A stretch of DNA of 58,954 bases, taken from assembly GCA_947446605.1 (NCBI GenBank), contig CANFHJ010000004.1:1-58954 (forward strand). Direction: 5' to 3'. Positions 58,887 through 58,954 of this stretch are shown one piece after another. This stretch comes from Bacteroidota bacterium. Lineage in GTDB: Bacteria > Bacteroidota > Bacteroidia > UKL13-3. Position 1 is the first letter of the stretch; each line of letters begins with the position of its first letter. The translations under genes were made by a program, and so were the position numbers. The notes under the pieces are model-generated. The model was not told the origin of the DNA. It ran no database searches and was given only the letters and a program-made list of their open reading frames with translations.

Positions 58887-58954
58887 ATGAAGAAAGCATT
58901 AATTTGGGGAACAATGGCCCTTATGGCGGCAAGTCTGCTATTTACCAGTTGTAA
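58887..58954 (+). CDS. Lipoprotein, N-terminal fragment running off the window end
   Basis: MKKALIWGTMALMAASLLFTSC with lipobox FTSC; A-rich start context; not in the ORF track. Confidence 0.72.
   Translation, partial: MKKALIWGTMALMAASLLFTSC

Noticed and set aside
1-58954. CRISPR arrays, IS elements, prophage genes, rRNA or tRNA genes
   Set aside because: No regularly spaced repeats, transposase, integrase or phage ORFs, or structured RNA genes were seen; intergenic gaps are short apart from the origin region

Overview
AT-rich (roughly 35% GC by eye) chromosomal segment of a Bacteroidota bacterium. The assignment rests on T9SS type A and type B C-terminal domains, TAnnTTTG -7 promoters and the lack of obvious Shine-Dalgarno motifs. 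The window holds about 44 CDS, mostly housekeeping or envelope genes: an EmrAB-TolC efflux operon, a TPR histidine kinase, a P-loop kinase plus dCMP deaminase pair, a 2950-aa T9SS-secreted repeat protein, pirin, GH38-like and GH13 enzymes, a split FadF-like Fe-S pair, an ECF sigma triad, glyA, a LysM muramidase, dsbD, gmhA, a TonB-dependent receptor, pyrF, a Dcu transporter, a deoxyhypusine-synthase-like gene, pheS, mnmG, ybeY and an M16 peptidase pair. The window very likely contains oriC (about 47820-48239). Evidence for this is an AT-rich intergenic gap with tandem DnaA-box-like 9-mers, DnaA-trio-like TAG repeats, nearby mnmG, two parS-like sites and an apparent GC-skew switch. I found no rRNA, tRNA, CRISPR array or transposase. 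The most unusual unexplained signals are a strongly over-represented 10-bp palindrome GGTTCGAACC (at least 5 exact copies), a thrice-repeated AAWWGTCGCA motif inside the candidate oriC, a split AvcD-like kinase/dCMP-deaminase operon and a pirin with a Tat-like signal. All counts come from manual reading; no database searches were run.
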